NCBI GenBank assembly: GCA_002633005.1
Contig: NMRA01000188.1
Span: 1 to 64,000 of the forward strand
DNA: 64,000 bases
Source: Phoronis australis
Taxonomy: Eukaryota > Animalia > Phoronida
Reading direction: 5' to 3'
In this document: piece after piece, positions 1 to 13,048 of the stretch
How the letters are laid out: each line of letters opens with the position of its first letter
Numbering within the stretch: position 1 is the first letter of the stretch
Notes under the pieces: model-generated
Told to the model about the DNA's origin: nothing
Databases searched by the model: none
What the model saw: only the letters and a program-made list of their open reading frames with translations
Translations under genes and position numbers: made by a program

Positions 1-399
1 TAGGCATACATTTGTTAAATTTTACAAAGCTCCTACGAATGATTAAAATAAGGAGATACGGCAGCAAACGCAAAAAACATAATCGGGAATAGAGGTCTTC
101 ACAGTAATCAGACCTGTCCGAACTCAGCTAGGGTCTCATCTGGAATACATCTGTAAAAATCTTCATAGAAACACATCTACTACACCTCATTAACATTCTG
201 CAAGCCCTTCACGAGATGCAGCATCGCGGGACGCTAAACGTCCGAACAGAAGTAATAGCAATAATGCAACATGTGGTTGTATAAAGAGCTGAGGACTATG
301 AACCGGGAGGGGGGGGNGGGAGAGGCGGTAGAACGCCACAAGCTAAGATAATGAAGGGCGAAGATAGGCTTCTGTCCCTCTAGCCTAAAACGACCAACT

Positions 400-1452
400 C
401 AGTGCATGATAATCTATCAAATCACAAATCTTCGAGGAGTAATAAACTCGCAGCGCCAGTGACAAATAAAGGTAGAGTTGAGGGAAAAGTAAATAATGTT
501 TCCGTGAAAATGAATAGATTCGAAACCTTACTACGTTATTTAGTGAGTAAATATCTGCTACTTTGGTTTATTCTACTGGTGTTTGAGGGTTGCCAAGAGT
601 TAAAATGTATCAAAACTGTTCAAAATAGAACAATGAGGTTTTTTTGAAAATTACAGATGTAGTCCAAATCATGCCTCATATGGTAACAGGGATGGGAACC
701 AGCAAATAAGAGAATAAAATTATTCTGGTCTCTGGAAAAGGGTATTTAAACTACCAAACTTTGGGGGATGACTCTGTTAATAGAAATAATTGGACAGCTT
801 TTGATGTAACTGATAACAAAATATGTTTCGATAAAATGTATTTCGTAACATCTGCAATGCTAAAGAGACACGCTTTGAAAGCTCAAAAATATTTGGTACG
901 AGACTAACTATTAAAATTTACAGCTAAACGTTTTATCTAATCATAAGACTTAGCATTGTACTGAAAATGTTGATAATTTAAAGTTATCTTACTGCCAACG
1001 GTCATTATTGGTACAACTACGCGCAAGGATACTACCGTTGCACCTGGAAACGAGAAGCTACGCAAGCACACCTCTTGAAGAAACAAAATGTTTAAATTGC
1101 AACATAGGATCTGTAAGATATATAAGGAGTTTTATTTTTGTTGATCTTTAAATAACTTACAAAGACGTGACCGGTTTAAGAGTAAAATATAAAATACTGC
1201 AGCATTCATACATAATTCTATGATATGAAAACTTAAATTTTATTTAGATTATATGCATTAAGACCTGAATTTGAAAATTATGTTGAATTAAGTTACGAAT
1301 GTAAAAACACCTCCCTGTATCCTTCTTGTACTCTCTCAGTTTTTGAGAAAATATATCAAAGCGACTGATAAGCACTTTTTGGTTGGGTACCTTATCATTT
1401 TGTATTATTTATCAAATTGTAATTGTAACATGTCCTAGTTAGTAAAATAAAT
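400..1452 (+). mobile_element. Decayed LINE 3' end (CR1/L2 group)
   Basis: Near 995-1140 reads QRSLLVQLRARILPLHLETRSYASTPLEETKCLNCNIG, a typical LINE ORF2 C-terminus; ends in an AATAAA tail. Left boundary approximate. Confidence 0.6.
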
Positions 1453-1679
1453 GAAAACCGTGTCACACAGTTACTATATATGGAGAGGTAACTGATCAGA
1501 AAGGTGGCCTATAAAACGTGTAGTCTCCAAGCGGGAATTCAGTCCAGAGGCTACGGAGAAACCGAGACCATTTGGTAACTGGGCAAATCTGCTTTCGTGA
1601 TACTCCGATGTACCAATGGAGCAAAACATCAAAAAGCTACTGCTTGGCCAATGCACTGACAATTATGTTCTTTTACAAG

Positions 1680-2540
1680 AGAGTCGTGTCCTTCATTCAA
1701 GTTCTTTTTCAATGGGAAGTTATTGCAATGAAGAAAGATGTTTAATGAGTTGATGTCGCAGTTTTCTTAGGGTAAAAAGGAACAACAATTTTGAAACGAC
1801 CCTTTTGGGTGCTGGCCCAACTTGGAAACGACTTTTGCATGTTTCTAAATGAAATCAATATTGCCTGGACAACGTAAAAGGAATGTGCATTTGTATCAGC
1901 CAACAACGTGAGTTCTGCGCCAGTTATCTTTGAAAGCTGGAATTTGTGGCTGATTGCAGAAGATATGTTTCACATGAAAACACAAGCAAGTTCTTAGAAA
2001 CAGACCTATGTCATGCTCAAGACAGTCTGTCAGCGCTTCTAATTTTCTGACTATTAATCCGTTAGAACTATTTTCCCCACAACCATCAAATGTATGTCTG
2101 TATTGCGAGTATAATACAACGATACACACAGCTATGAGTTTTCAATTTTCCTGTCAATTTACCATTAAATTTACTCGAGTCATCATGACGAAACAGATTA
2201 ACTTACATTGAAGATAAGACCCCCAAAGAGCTACCTCCACAGCAAGGTGTGATCAAAAGCGACACTCAGCGTTAATTGCTATACCGAAGCATTTTGACCA
2301 ACATACATGACACGTATTAATGGCCGCCTCATTCAATATACTGGTATATATTTCAATATTAATTGATTCTAAATGATACTTCTAATGAAAGGAGAGAGGC
2401 GTTAACCATTAATCCGTAATTGAAGGTCACCCGTTGAAGAACGAGAGTCTGTAAAGATTACGTGGAGAGACTTTACATAGGTCATGTGTTTACTGTAAAC
2501 CACAGTTGGACATTGCTTTTTAGTTATTGAAACCATTAAA
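1680..2540 (-). repeat. Diverged paralogue of the ligase upstream flanks
   Basis: 1680-1900 aligns with 13433-13670 (GAGTCGTGT, GGGAAGTT..TGCAATGAAGAAA, AATATTGCCT, AATGTGCATT); 2030-2540 aligns with 38900-39370 and 54030-54460. Confidence 0.55.
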
Positions 2541-3869
2541 CGAAATTGAAAATTAAACCACTTCACGAACTTGACGGATAATTAAAGTGAACAGGTCATG
2601 TTTTTCATCCGTGACAGTAGCAACATGGAACTGGTACTCTTTGCTGGTGTACTTACAGGTGCGAGACAAGAAACGCCTGTGAGGCTGTCAAACACGGTCT
2701 TGTTGACCGATTTTCTCAACAGTCCTTTTCTACTCGTGCACAGTTATGCAAATTTGGTCCAAGCAACACATTAGGAGCACCACTCTGATCACGTGGAAGC
2801 CCTGAATTTGTATTACCTAATACTTTCAAAATTCAGTACGCGAGTTTCCACAAGAAGCCCCAGGTTCATTCAAGTAGCTACCAACGACGCATGGATTGGT
2901 CTTCTACTCTCAAACTCTTCAACTTCACTAAAACTAAATTTGCTTTCCCCAGTCAGGGAATTTTTAGAAAAAATCACAAAATTCACGATTCTTGAAATAT
3001 ATGCGAAGAAGAAACTCCTTAGTAATCCCAGAGTTCTAATCTCCCTTCCACTTAACAAATGAGGGTATTCGCTCATAATCATTCCACAAACAGCTGACTG
3101 AAAAGATCATGCACACACCCAGCCTTTAATATGTGGGTCTCGAATTTCTGAAGAGCCATCCCTGGGTGCGTGCATGAAGATAGAAATAACGGTGGATTAT
3201 CATGCGTGATCCCACTCCAAGTCTATGGTCGACAGCACAATATGAGGAAAGCCTAAAAGCAAGTAATTTCCAAAAAATAATTCCACAGGCGTTTTATAAT
3301 ATATTTGAATACTACGACACCTTTATAACTAATTTTAAACAGTTAGAACTTATATCAACTGCCTCTCAATTGGATTGGCTGCTGCTTTTAAAAGTCATCT
3401 TTGTTTCGTATACATCAAAGGTCAAAGGTCATATTTTCCGTGTAAGAGAAATTTACTACGCCTATGTCTTGCCATACCAAATAACGAGGTGTGCTTTGCC
3501 TTGTTGGAGAAAAATCGACCAAGTGAGGGGCAGCTGACAGATCGTTTCCTTTAATTTGAAACTAATAAAAAAATGCTTTGACAACTTCAGAAATTCAAAA
3601 TCGTTACGAACAAACCGTAAACATATCTAGTGAGCAGGTTGAATTCGGTTTAAGTGGCAGGGAACCACTTTGAATAATGCGTTTTATTCTGTTTTCGCGT
3701 TCCAGGTCTCTTTAATAAGCTGATCTCCAGCTACGAGCATTTGTTGTTCGAAACATACTTACTACGCAAAATCGGGACAACCAATTACAACACTAGTTGT
3801 GTTTAGTGTCAGACATTCTGCTCATTTGTTTTTCCGTAATTTATAGTATATTAAGGAATGTCGAGGTGT

Positions 3870-5770
3870 TGCATTTTGTAGTGTTTGTGACAACTTAGTA
3901 ATTGACCACCCTCTGACTCTTTTCACTTTCCCGTGGGACATCGGAAAAGCGCGGATACGGCACAGGTTTACACAAGACGTTTCTGCCTTTAGCCCTATAC
4001 ATTTTAGAGTAGACCAACACGCTCTCGACATACCAAGTCAACAAGGGACCCTATATCTCCTTCGGTTATTGCCAAAGTAGAAAACACTTGTCCACCGAGC
4101 CTCAGTAACGTTAGCTAATATTTATGGTCCCGATAAGAATGGCCCTGAATTTTTTGAGCCCTGCTTAAAGTGATCTTGGACTACACTACTACAAATTCTA
4201 CAATTCAGAGTTCGTGATCCTTAGCGGCGACTGGAATTTGATTCAGGAGGATTACAATCATGACTGTATAGGACACAAGCACCAAAACAATCCGGTTGCG
4301 AGAAAACAAGTTATTTGTCTGATGACGCAGTTTTAAAAATTAGTTGACCATAGGTGATTACGTAATCCAAATACAACAGGCTATACTTGGTTCAGAGGTA
4401 ACCCTTGTAAACAAGCGCATGTGGACTTTTTGTTGTTGTAAGACAAGTTTTCTTCTTGCATAGAAAATGTCGAAGCGTCCCCAGGATATACAACTCATTA
4501 ACTTTGTGTTGTCACTACTATTCAGACTTCTACATTTGTTAGAGGCAAATCTCTCTGACGATTTAACAAGTCCTTGTTACGTGATGCAGAGTACATTAGT
4601 AATGTGAAAGACATAATTATAACCGAGAAGGAATATTGAACTTCTGATATCTACTCCACTTTGTCGGAGTCAGTCGACTATAGACGACTCTCTTTTTCTT
4701 GAAATGATTTTATTCAATATTTGAAATTATACTTTGTCTTATTCAGATTTCAAAAAACATGGACATGGGAAAAATTTAGAGAAGCAGTTAAGTCTTGTTA
4801 GTAAAATGATGTGCAACACTAATTCTGCTCTGCTACTTGATTTTATTCAGATATCCAGAAAGATTACGAAGATAATAGAAAAGACGAAATGAAGGACATG
4901 ATACTGAGATCTTTGGCAAAATGGGTCGAGGATGGTAAAAAACCCGCCCAAATTTTTCGGTAGCTTAGAAAAATGCAATTACGTAACCGAAGTATGTTCC
5001 AAAACTTAAAGACGAGTCTGGACGAAGCTTGACAGACTAAAAATCTATACTGTGTGCAACCAGAAAATTCTATGCAAGTCCATATGCAGCCAAAGTAACT
5101 GTCTGCCTCCAATATGAATTAGAAGATATGTTGTCTCCTGAAAATATACCAAAACTAGACGCTGATTTGAAAGAAAAACTCCGGGGACCAATAACGTGTA
5201 GTGAAGCAGCCGCTGCCGTTAAATGCATGAAAAATGATAAAACTCCCGGAACTGATGGCGTTCCTGTAGAATTTTACAATGTTTTTTAAAGAGATATCGC
5301 CATTTTAGATCAACTCTTTTATTACAGTCTCCCAACCACTTTGCGTCAAGGTGTCATTACATTGATTCCTATGGGCATCAAACCAAGTTAAGATATGAAA
5401 AACTGGAAACCATTTTTTTGCTAAATTCAAGTTATGAATTATTTTCAGCATAATTGCCCAAAGGATAAAATCTGTCTTAAATGTATTAATTCATCCTAAA
5501 CAAACTGGGTTTATCCTCGGTCATTTTATGGGAGAGAACACAAGAGGATTCCTCAAGAAAGTTCTGCACTATTTCAATTTTGGTGACGATATTATTCGTT
5601 AGTTCACAATACTTAATGAAAGAGACTTTGTCAACTTTCGGTCACTTTCTATGGTTTTACATCTAACTACTTCTACGGACAATCAGAGCCCCTGTCACCC
5701 TACCTTTTGGTTGTGTGCCGAAATTATGGCATCTGTCCTGAGGAAATGCGAAAATGGGGGACAAATAAAC
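3870..5770 (+). mobile_element. Decayed Tx1/L1-type LINE ORF2 (AP endonuclease plus RT N-terminal part)
   Basis: Broken frames: LANIYGPDKNGPEFF, ILSGDWNL, YTWFRGNPCKQAHVDF, MKNDKTPGTDGVPVEFY, RQGVITLIP, IHPKQTGF..GENTR. Boundaries approximate. Confidence 0.8.
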
Positions 5771-6699
5771 AAGACAAGAATAATATATATTTAATGTTGT
5801 ATTGGGAATAATTTCAGGGTCACGGCTATACAATTAATCATTTTACCGGAGGTACCAGATGGGTACCTTACTTACAAGAGATAACATACACATTTAGAAT
5901 ATCCAATGTGTAATTGAACTTCGGATACTAAGTGGCACAGGTTAGAATTGCAATACTAATATTATTCTTGAAACTGCATTTCACACACCGCCTCGTTTAG
6001 TTTTGTGAATCCTAAAGCGTAGTTTGTACGATCCTCAATGTCAAAACAGAATTAATGTCTATGTTAAGACCAAAGACGAAATTCGACTTTGTGTTCACTA
6101 AACGGTGCGTCTCTTCTGACTTTTCGCCTTTAGTCTTAAGTAAAGACAAGTTTTTTTTGGTCTTAGGAGCATGTTCGCGACAGGACCAGGCAGAGGGTGA
6201 TAAACGCTATGCTACAGTTGTGATGGAGGGCGTTGAAAGCGGGGGACAGTGTTAAGGTGAAAGATTCATTTGCAATTGCAGGCAAAGGCAAAACCACTGG
6301 TGACTATATATCCGTGGACGTTGTATAGCCGCCAGTGCCCCAATATCTTCACTTTTTGGAGTGGTATGACTGTCTAGTGTTATCATTTTGCTATCCGTAT
6401 GCAGTTTGTTGTGACTGACACAGGTGAAGAAAATGGGAGACTTTCGAGTAGCAGTGTGGGCTGACTACATGGTGCCAGCTACCAGTGAGAAGATACTTCA
6501 TATGCGCTGTGGGAGGTACAAAGGAACATAGTTGAATACATTGTAAGTGTGTGTGACTAGTTGTGACACGTTTAAAGAAGTGAATTAAAATTACTTCCCA
6601 GTCCTCCAGAGGGCAATGGTATCCCGTTCCAGGTGATGAGCCGTTATAAATGCCTCCTGTTGGAAACATGGTCAGATTTTCATCCACTGCAGAGAACTG

Positions 6700-8910
6700 A
6701 GGCCAAGCGTGCGTGGGAGAAGAATTTATTTTAAATTTCTCGGCGGCTGAGGGACGCGCAGTACGTATATCAGATTAAGGGCGGGGGTGAATAGGAATGG
6801 TTCGAAACAATGTGGGGGAGCGGGGCAGATCTCTTTGTGAGCACATAATTTCACGGTGTGGGGATACTACAAAACACCGACAAGTGCCTGGTGCGTGATC
6901 GGGGATGATTACAGATACGGAAGAGAGGAATACCGTGCGTGAGAGAAGAATATTTGTCCGTTGGCAATCCCGAGCGGAGTTCTTCCGTTTAGTCTTGTTA
7001 GGTTGTATAGCAGAAGTCGGGCGAATGACAGCTGTAGCCAATATCTTACACTGACGACTGATTAAGTCCATTCTGGCAATTAGGGTTGGAGGGTCAGCTC
7101 TCTTTTATTAGATGCTTGCTCTAATCTCCAATAAGATCATATGTTATCGACGCACTGGGCTGAGGTGTTAAAAATAAGTTAAGTTATTAAATGTTAAAAC
7201 TTAAACCAATGACATTTCTGAATTGCCCATCAAATACTGGTCACGCTTAAAGTTTTTGAATTACCAAAATCGCCCAACAATACAATCGAAGTTAAGACTA
7301 TCACACGCTCACAACCGCTGTACGTGTGGTAAAATCACGGAGCGGGAGAACGCCCTAATAAACTTTAAAAACCTGTCATGTATCTATATGACTCCAATGA
7401 GGTCATTTTTCACAGTAGTTCACATTAAATTTAGACCCCCCATTAAATGCGACCTGGGTCGTATTTTGATTTAACGCAGTTACCCGGGGTCATTTTCAAT
7501 AATGAAAACTATGGCTTATTGGGCACAACAAAACTACGTCCCAAGTGAGCAGCACGTCTCCTGGATATAATGTATTTGCATCGAGCGAAACGAATTAAAT
7601 GATAAATTTGCACGATCTCAAAGGTTTCTCTTTAAAAAACAAAAAAATAAAACTCTCAAAGTGGATAACAACCGTGCAGCCGCTCAGACGATTCGAGAAT
7701 CTGTCATTAGTTGTGATCTCCTATTAGTTTGATATTTTCCCAAGAGACAGATTGGCTCTTAAAAATACGCATGTAAGTGCGACATTACATGTATGTTTTT
7801 TATGTTTCTGAAAAAAACACTTTTCGGCCTCTTTATTTGTTAGATATCGCGCTTTGAGAAGGTCATGTTACCCCGTTTGTTTTCATGGCAATTAGCCGTG
7901 TCACGTGACTAGCAACACTCCAGTATGGCGTTAAAGTGTACACAACATGACTCTAGTACCTTAAAATAAATTTTATTATTATATCTTACTAGATTTCAGT
8001 GCCTTTAGTGCACAGCTCATAAAGAAACACGCAAAAATTGAAAAAAAAAAATTTTGTACAACGTCTTGGGTTGAACCCAAGTCGTTCGCCATACTGTTCG
8101 GATCAGAGACAAATTGTATAGAGTGAAGAGATAGCAATATACATTTAGCAATGTGTTTCCGGAGGCTGCAGCAACAGTAGCCAGGCGGAGAACGTCTCGG
8201 TGTTCCAAAGGATACCAAAGTTGCGCAGTAGTGTGCCGAACGAGAGAGTGGGACGTCATCGTGGACCAAGCGATTCGGTCCGTGGCCACTCTGTGTTCTG
8301 CCCACTTTGAGGACTCGTGTTTCGACTCCAGTCACAAGAGACGTTACGATGAAGGCCTGGTTCAATAAAGGACAATATTTATCATTCAGAAACATCAGCT
8401 CTTAGTTCAGGATTGTCTGTTGGATGACTGGGGTTGACTCGCCTAGCCCGAGACCGCTTCTCTCGCGGGAGGATCCAGTTCGTAAGGTTTAAGTAGAAAA
8501 GTACGCTGCCGGAAGGACATTAAACTTATTCTCGCTTTCGTGCAACCCCATTTTCTTCATCCTGGCCACCATTCCCGTACGTTTGTTCATAGTATTCTTT
8601 CAATTTTTGCTCATAATCGTCGTCGCTTTCAAATTCCCTGCTTTCCGCCATTGTTCAATGCTTGTCACTGCTCTCTTGTGTTCAACCCATGACGTCACAT
8701 GGCGGGAAATGTGAAAATTGGCAAAATTGAAAGAAAAATAAAAATTTCAAGCTAATTACACAAAATAAACATGGGTTTAGCTAAATTTTACGTCATGCAT
8801 TTAGTTTGTGGCCACCGGTAATTCAAAATGTGCAAAAATCCATGGTGTGTACTGTTTAAGTTGTCAGCTGCAGTAGCGCGTGCTCTCGGTCTATAGTATT
8901 AAGATGTGTA
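6700..8910 (-). mobile_element. Unclassified non-autonomous element; an inverted second copy spans 25118-33388
   Basis: Collinear inverted homology: 8907-8860 with 25122-25178, 7930-7150 with 25180-26335, 7140-6700 with 33020-33388. Confidence 0.7.
7935..8855 (+). mobile_element. Kolobok-like DNA transposon derivative with a THAP relic
   Basis: TTAA at 7931-7934 and 8856-8859; imperfect TIR AGTGTACACAACATG / ACAGTACACACCATG; THAP remnants CVSGGCSNSSQAENVSVF (from 8152) and LCSAHFEDSCF; empty site gacaacTTGAcgacat at about 25172-25186. Confidence 0.75.
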
Positions 8911-9469
8911 TAGTCTAGCCCTATGACCTAAGTAAGCTATATAACAACAAGAGAGCTTCCAAAAAGTAGTGCGGTGTGAATGCCTTAAAATCGATCAAGA
9001 AACAAAACAGTGGAAAATTGAGATTAGTTATTCTTTTATTCTGATTTAATTGCTAGCATAGTGCGGTTAAGTGAAGGTATGTTCAAGTTCATTGAACTGA
9101 AAGTGGTCGTCAAATATTAAGAAAATGTTGTTCATCCAGTGTCCATTTTGATTCTGGATTGGTGGATTGACAGTCATGCGTGTACACGTGTGTGCGTTTC
9201 CGTTGTTATAAAATCAGTCTCGCTTACGATAAGTTAACTACATAGGCAAACCTCAGTTGTGCTTAAAAACCAGACTTTCAACTACCGTGTTTTCTTGCAC
9301 TGAGAAAACGCCGTTCAGGCATTTTCACTTTGTTAGGGAAAACTGGGCCTAGACATCAACTTTTGGTCAATGAATAAAGTCTCCTCAGTCTTGCCAATTA
9401 GTGTCAATGGTGCACAGCCGTAGACTTCATACGAGGAACAAACTTGATGGAAAAGATTTCCAAGATTAT

Positions 9470-10245
9470 ATTTCACTATGCCGAAGATTCACCACTCCGA
9501 AGGTCTACTACACCGAAGGTTCTCTACCTTTGACAATTCACTACTTCGCATTTCCCCAATTCCAAAACCACAACTCCTACAGTTCACTACTCTGATTATC
9601 TGCTCACGACTCAATCTCAAGCATGCAACGACAATATCTGGGGCATAGGTCAGGACCAATGGCAGTTTTCAATTTAAGAAGACTGATTGGGCCCCTGTCT
9701 TCCCTACGACTGGCAGGGACAGGGTGGCCTACTAGCTTCATTTAGTCTCGACCAGGCCGTGTGCGAGTTTCCATGGGTGAGGTTATGGCGCAGCGGTCCT
9801 AAACTTTTCAGTCGCACCGCGATGCAGTCTTGACACCACAATACATTCATCAATACTCCTACTTAATATTCTTATAAAATGCAAATGCGTACTCATCTTT
9901 CCGTGTTAAGACATGCGGGCAATTTCGCATGCACATTGAAAATGAATCTAGACAGTGACCACCGCCTCTAGTTCTACTGGCCAGTTAGACGGTGGTCACT
10001 GTCTACATGAAGTCTAAACAGAGTGTTTTAGAACCCAAACGTTGTTTTCGATATAGGTGCATCTAATAACCGAAGTATTATTTATTTTTGCATGTAATAA
10101 CATAAAAACTACAATGGAGTCTGAAATTTAAGATATTTTCAGAGCAGCGAATCTTCGGTGTAGTGAATCTTCGACGAAGTGTTGCCTTCGATTGGAATAG
10201 TGTACCTTCGGAGTATTAAACCTTCGAAAAAGTGCTATGTCCCCG
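9470..10245. mobile_element. MITE-like element with inverted subterminal arrays of a ~15-bp unit (CCGAAGgTTCACTAC-like)
   Basis: Array at 9472-9522 on + and its reverse complement at 10148-10230; internal hairpin 9949-10005. Confidence 0.5.
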
Positions 10246-10559
10246 TTTCCAACGACACAAGAAGCTTCAGTGACGCGCAAAAAATACAACCAGATAAACA
10301 ATTTCCTCAAGCCATTCCCCGACTGAACTTCACATTCCCATCCGATTATATAATGAGGTGTAATCACTTATTTAGGTATGCCTGATTTAAAATTTTTGAA
10401 GGAGGTAACGCAATAACGTTCTCTTCCTGGACCACATTACATCAGAGCTTGTGCTCTGTTCTTTGTGAGCAACCGTCACAGCATCCTGATTTCTGCAATC
10501 ACACATCAATTTACAAAAAGGCTCCAAATTTTCCCCATTTTTGTTAAAGTGTAAGACAT

Positions 10560-11240
10560 AGTTGAGTTTTTACAAGGTACATTATATACTTTTCAAAACT
10601 GTAATACTCACTGACGAAATTCAAAAAGGCGTTAACACACAAATTTTGTCTTTTACATTTAAAATCAAAGATAAATTGTTTTTTAAAAAATAAAACATGT
10701 CAAGCAGCAATTGTTATTTGTTGAGTATAGCCCAAAGATTTCGATTTTGTAGGAGAGAGTGTCAACATGACTATCAGCACACGTATCAGTAACATGGCGG
10801 TTAAGATAAATCCAGAATTTTTTAACGTAGTCTTACTCCCAAAAAGTCTTTCAACGTCTCAACAGACTCTTTACAAAGAGAGCATGTATCGTCTTCCTTA
10901 ACGTTTATAGTTTTCAAAAATGAGTTTGTAGACAGCAGTATATTTAACAATCTAAACTGAGACCATCAACTTTTTGGACCTTTAGTCACGTAGTAAGGCA
11001 AAGAATACACGTCTTCCCAATAATAGTTACCATCTAAACCCAGTTCAACTGACGATTTTAATTCAGCTTTTGAGTCTTGTTGAATAAAATTTAAAAAATC
11101 GTATATTTGTTGACATCCTCCTCTACTACTCCGAAGGCTACTTAGGAAAAGGTCCCATAGAAGAACTGTTTTTTGCCCGTATAACACAAAAGATTTGCCG
11201 AGTACCCAGACACTGAGTGGTATAGAGTTTAGGCTATGCC
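10560..11240 (-). mobile_element. Tx1/L1-type LINE 3' fragment (zf-RVT region)
   Basis: YYWEDVYSLPYYVTK followed by QFRLLNILLSTNSFLKTINVKEDDTCSLCKESVETL. Confidence 0.7.
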
Positions 11241-11410
11241 TAAACGTTATGAAAACTATGACGGGTTATGTGTTGCTAACGGTGAGAAACGAAACAACGC
11301 AATGTCTTTTTCTTTTACTGCTGAGCGCTTGTCGTTGTATATGGTTAATTATAACGTAACTACCTTGCAACAGAAACCCTCTAGCCGAAACATGAAAAAT
11401 CAAACCTTAC

Positions 11411-13048
11411 CGAATGAGTGAATGACATTTTTTCACACGTTGCTGTCCCACATGCCATACCAGTGGTCAGCTCACAGAAGAATTGTAAACAGCTAGTCGT
11501 GTCATAGTGGACTTGGCAGCCAATAGAAGCACTTCCACAAAGAGGCTTCATGACAACAGGAAACGTTAATTTGGTTAACGCTGCCAGTAATTCTCCCTGG
11601 GTATTTACGGAATAGCTGGGCACGCCGTACTGAAAGAAAATCTGACTGGTGACCGAGATGCCTAGATGATTAAAAGGGGAGAAATGGTTTCGCTATATTG
11701 ATCCCGTCGAGATAAGTGAAACATTGCTGGGACTGCTGGCCGTCTAGACACATCTTATATGTAAAACCGAACTTCTCTGTTCACCACCTTGCAGACACCT
11801 ACGGCGACAAACTTGCCTATCTAAAAATCTGGAACGAGTAAATCTGGATGCATATAAGCCTAGCTATTTTCCCTGAGATGGGTGCAGGTACGTATTGCTA
11901 ATTTGAGTCAGAAGGTCACAGACTGCTATTATACCGGGGTATGCGACTGCTATAACTGGGCCTAGGCTGTGCACTTCCAACACTCACTCTGGTCGTCACT
12001 GAGTCTTATCCCGGTTGACATCCTCTATATTTCACCAATAGAATTAGCAGGTTCTTGGCTCATTTCCCACTAACAAGTAGCTTTTCTTCACCGTCTCGTA
12101 AATTTCTCAATTTTAAGTTATACTCTGTCTTCGCTCACCTATGTTTTGGAACTAAATATCCACTCACCTTTGCAGCTTCTGTGTTCTTAAGCACGTATTG
12201 CTGCGTGAGATTCTTCAGGTAACATGCCATGGTACTCTCGTAGCTGTCCCCAGGTATGCCGAGCTTTTCAGAAACATAACTTCCAATCACGGTCGAGAAG
12301 TCGGCAAAAAGTAGCCAGCATTTGCTTGCGTACAATAGCGTATAATTATCTTGTAAACCACAAGATGCAATGCTTGTAAACTACCATTTGCTTTTTATGG
12401 CCACGGCGTAGGAGTGCTTGCGGCAAGTTTCTTGGGTATATGGAAGTTGAGTCGGCGATCAGCCGTGCGTTAAACAACGGAGCAGTTTTAAAAATTAACC
12501 TATATTAAAAATGCAAGCTTTCAAGTAATGACTAAAGAATTATTTTTTCGTGCAGATCTTGAATTTTCATGTCTCCACTTTTCGACGCCGTAGGCCTAAT
12601 TTCTACAGAAAAGTATTATGTAATGAATACACTTAACGTGGACTGGTATGTTCTGTCAAGGCTTTTGATCAAGTAAGATGCAGCACATGAAGACCTACTG
12701 TGATTTAAATGCTAGTTATCTGTTAAAGCAATCACTCACGTTGATATTCTTTTCATTCAGCCATTTGATTATTCCGTCACCGATTTCTTCAACCGTACGA
12801 CCATCCTCTTTTTCGTGGATCAGGCCGTCAACATTAAATTCATCAATGATTCCTAAAGACTTCACCTTTTCACACCCAAAACGGTTGGATTCGGTCTTGT
12901 GAAGCATCACACAAAGTCTTTTAAGCCCCATTTTCTTTATTTTAGCCCAAAAAGACGTTTGTATCTCGTCATCTCTTGTTACCGAAACGCGACTTCCAAT
13001 ACACAAAAGCGTCTTCTCAGCGAGAGACCCAGAAGGTTTGAACTCCAT
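11411..13048 (-). pseudogene. Copy A: ATP-grasp ligase pseudogene (exons 1-3 only)
   Basis: Exon 1 (13048-12740) and exon 3 (11629-11411) are open. Exon 2 (12325-12168) is 158 nt (T-run of 5 instead of 6, frameshift) and its acceptor reads CAA instead of TAG. Intron 3 homology stops near 11270 and runs into a LINE fragment; no exon 4 found. Confidence 0.8.

Noticed and set aside
6150-6560. SWIM-finger-like transposon ORF relic
   Set aside because: Cys-containing scraps lie in different frames and are too degenerate to support a call.
8152-8325. Host THAP transcription-factor gene (also the one at 29143)
   Set aside because: Both are frameshifted and enclosed by TIRs and TSDs, so they are transposon relics.
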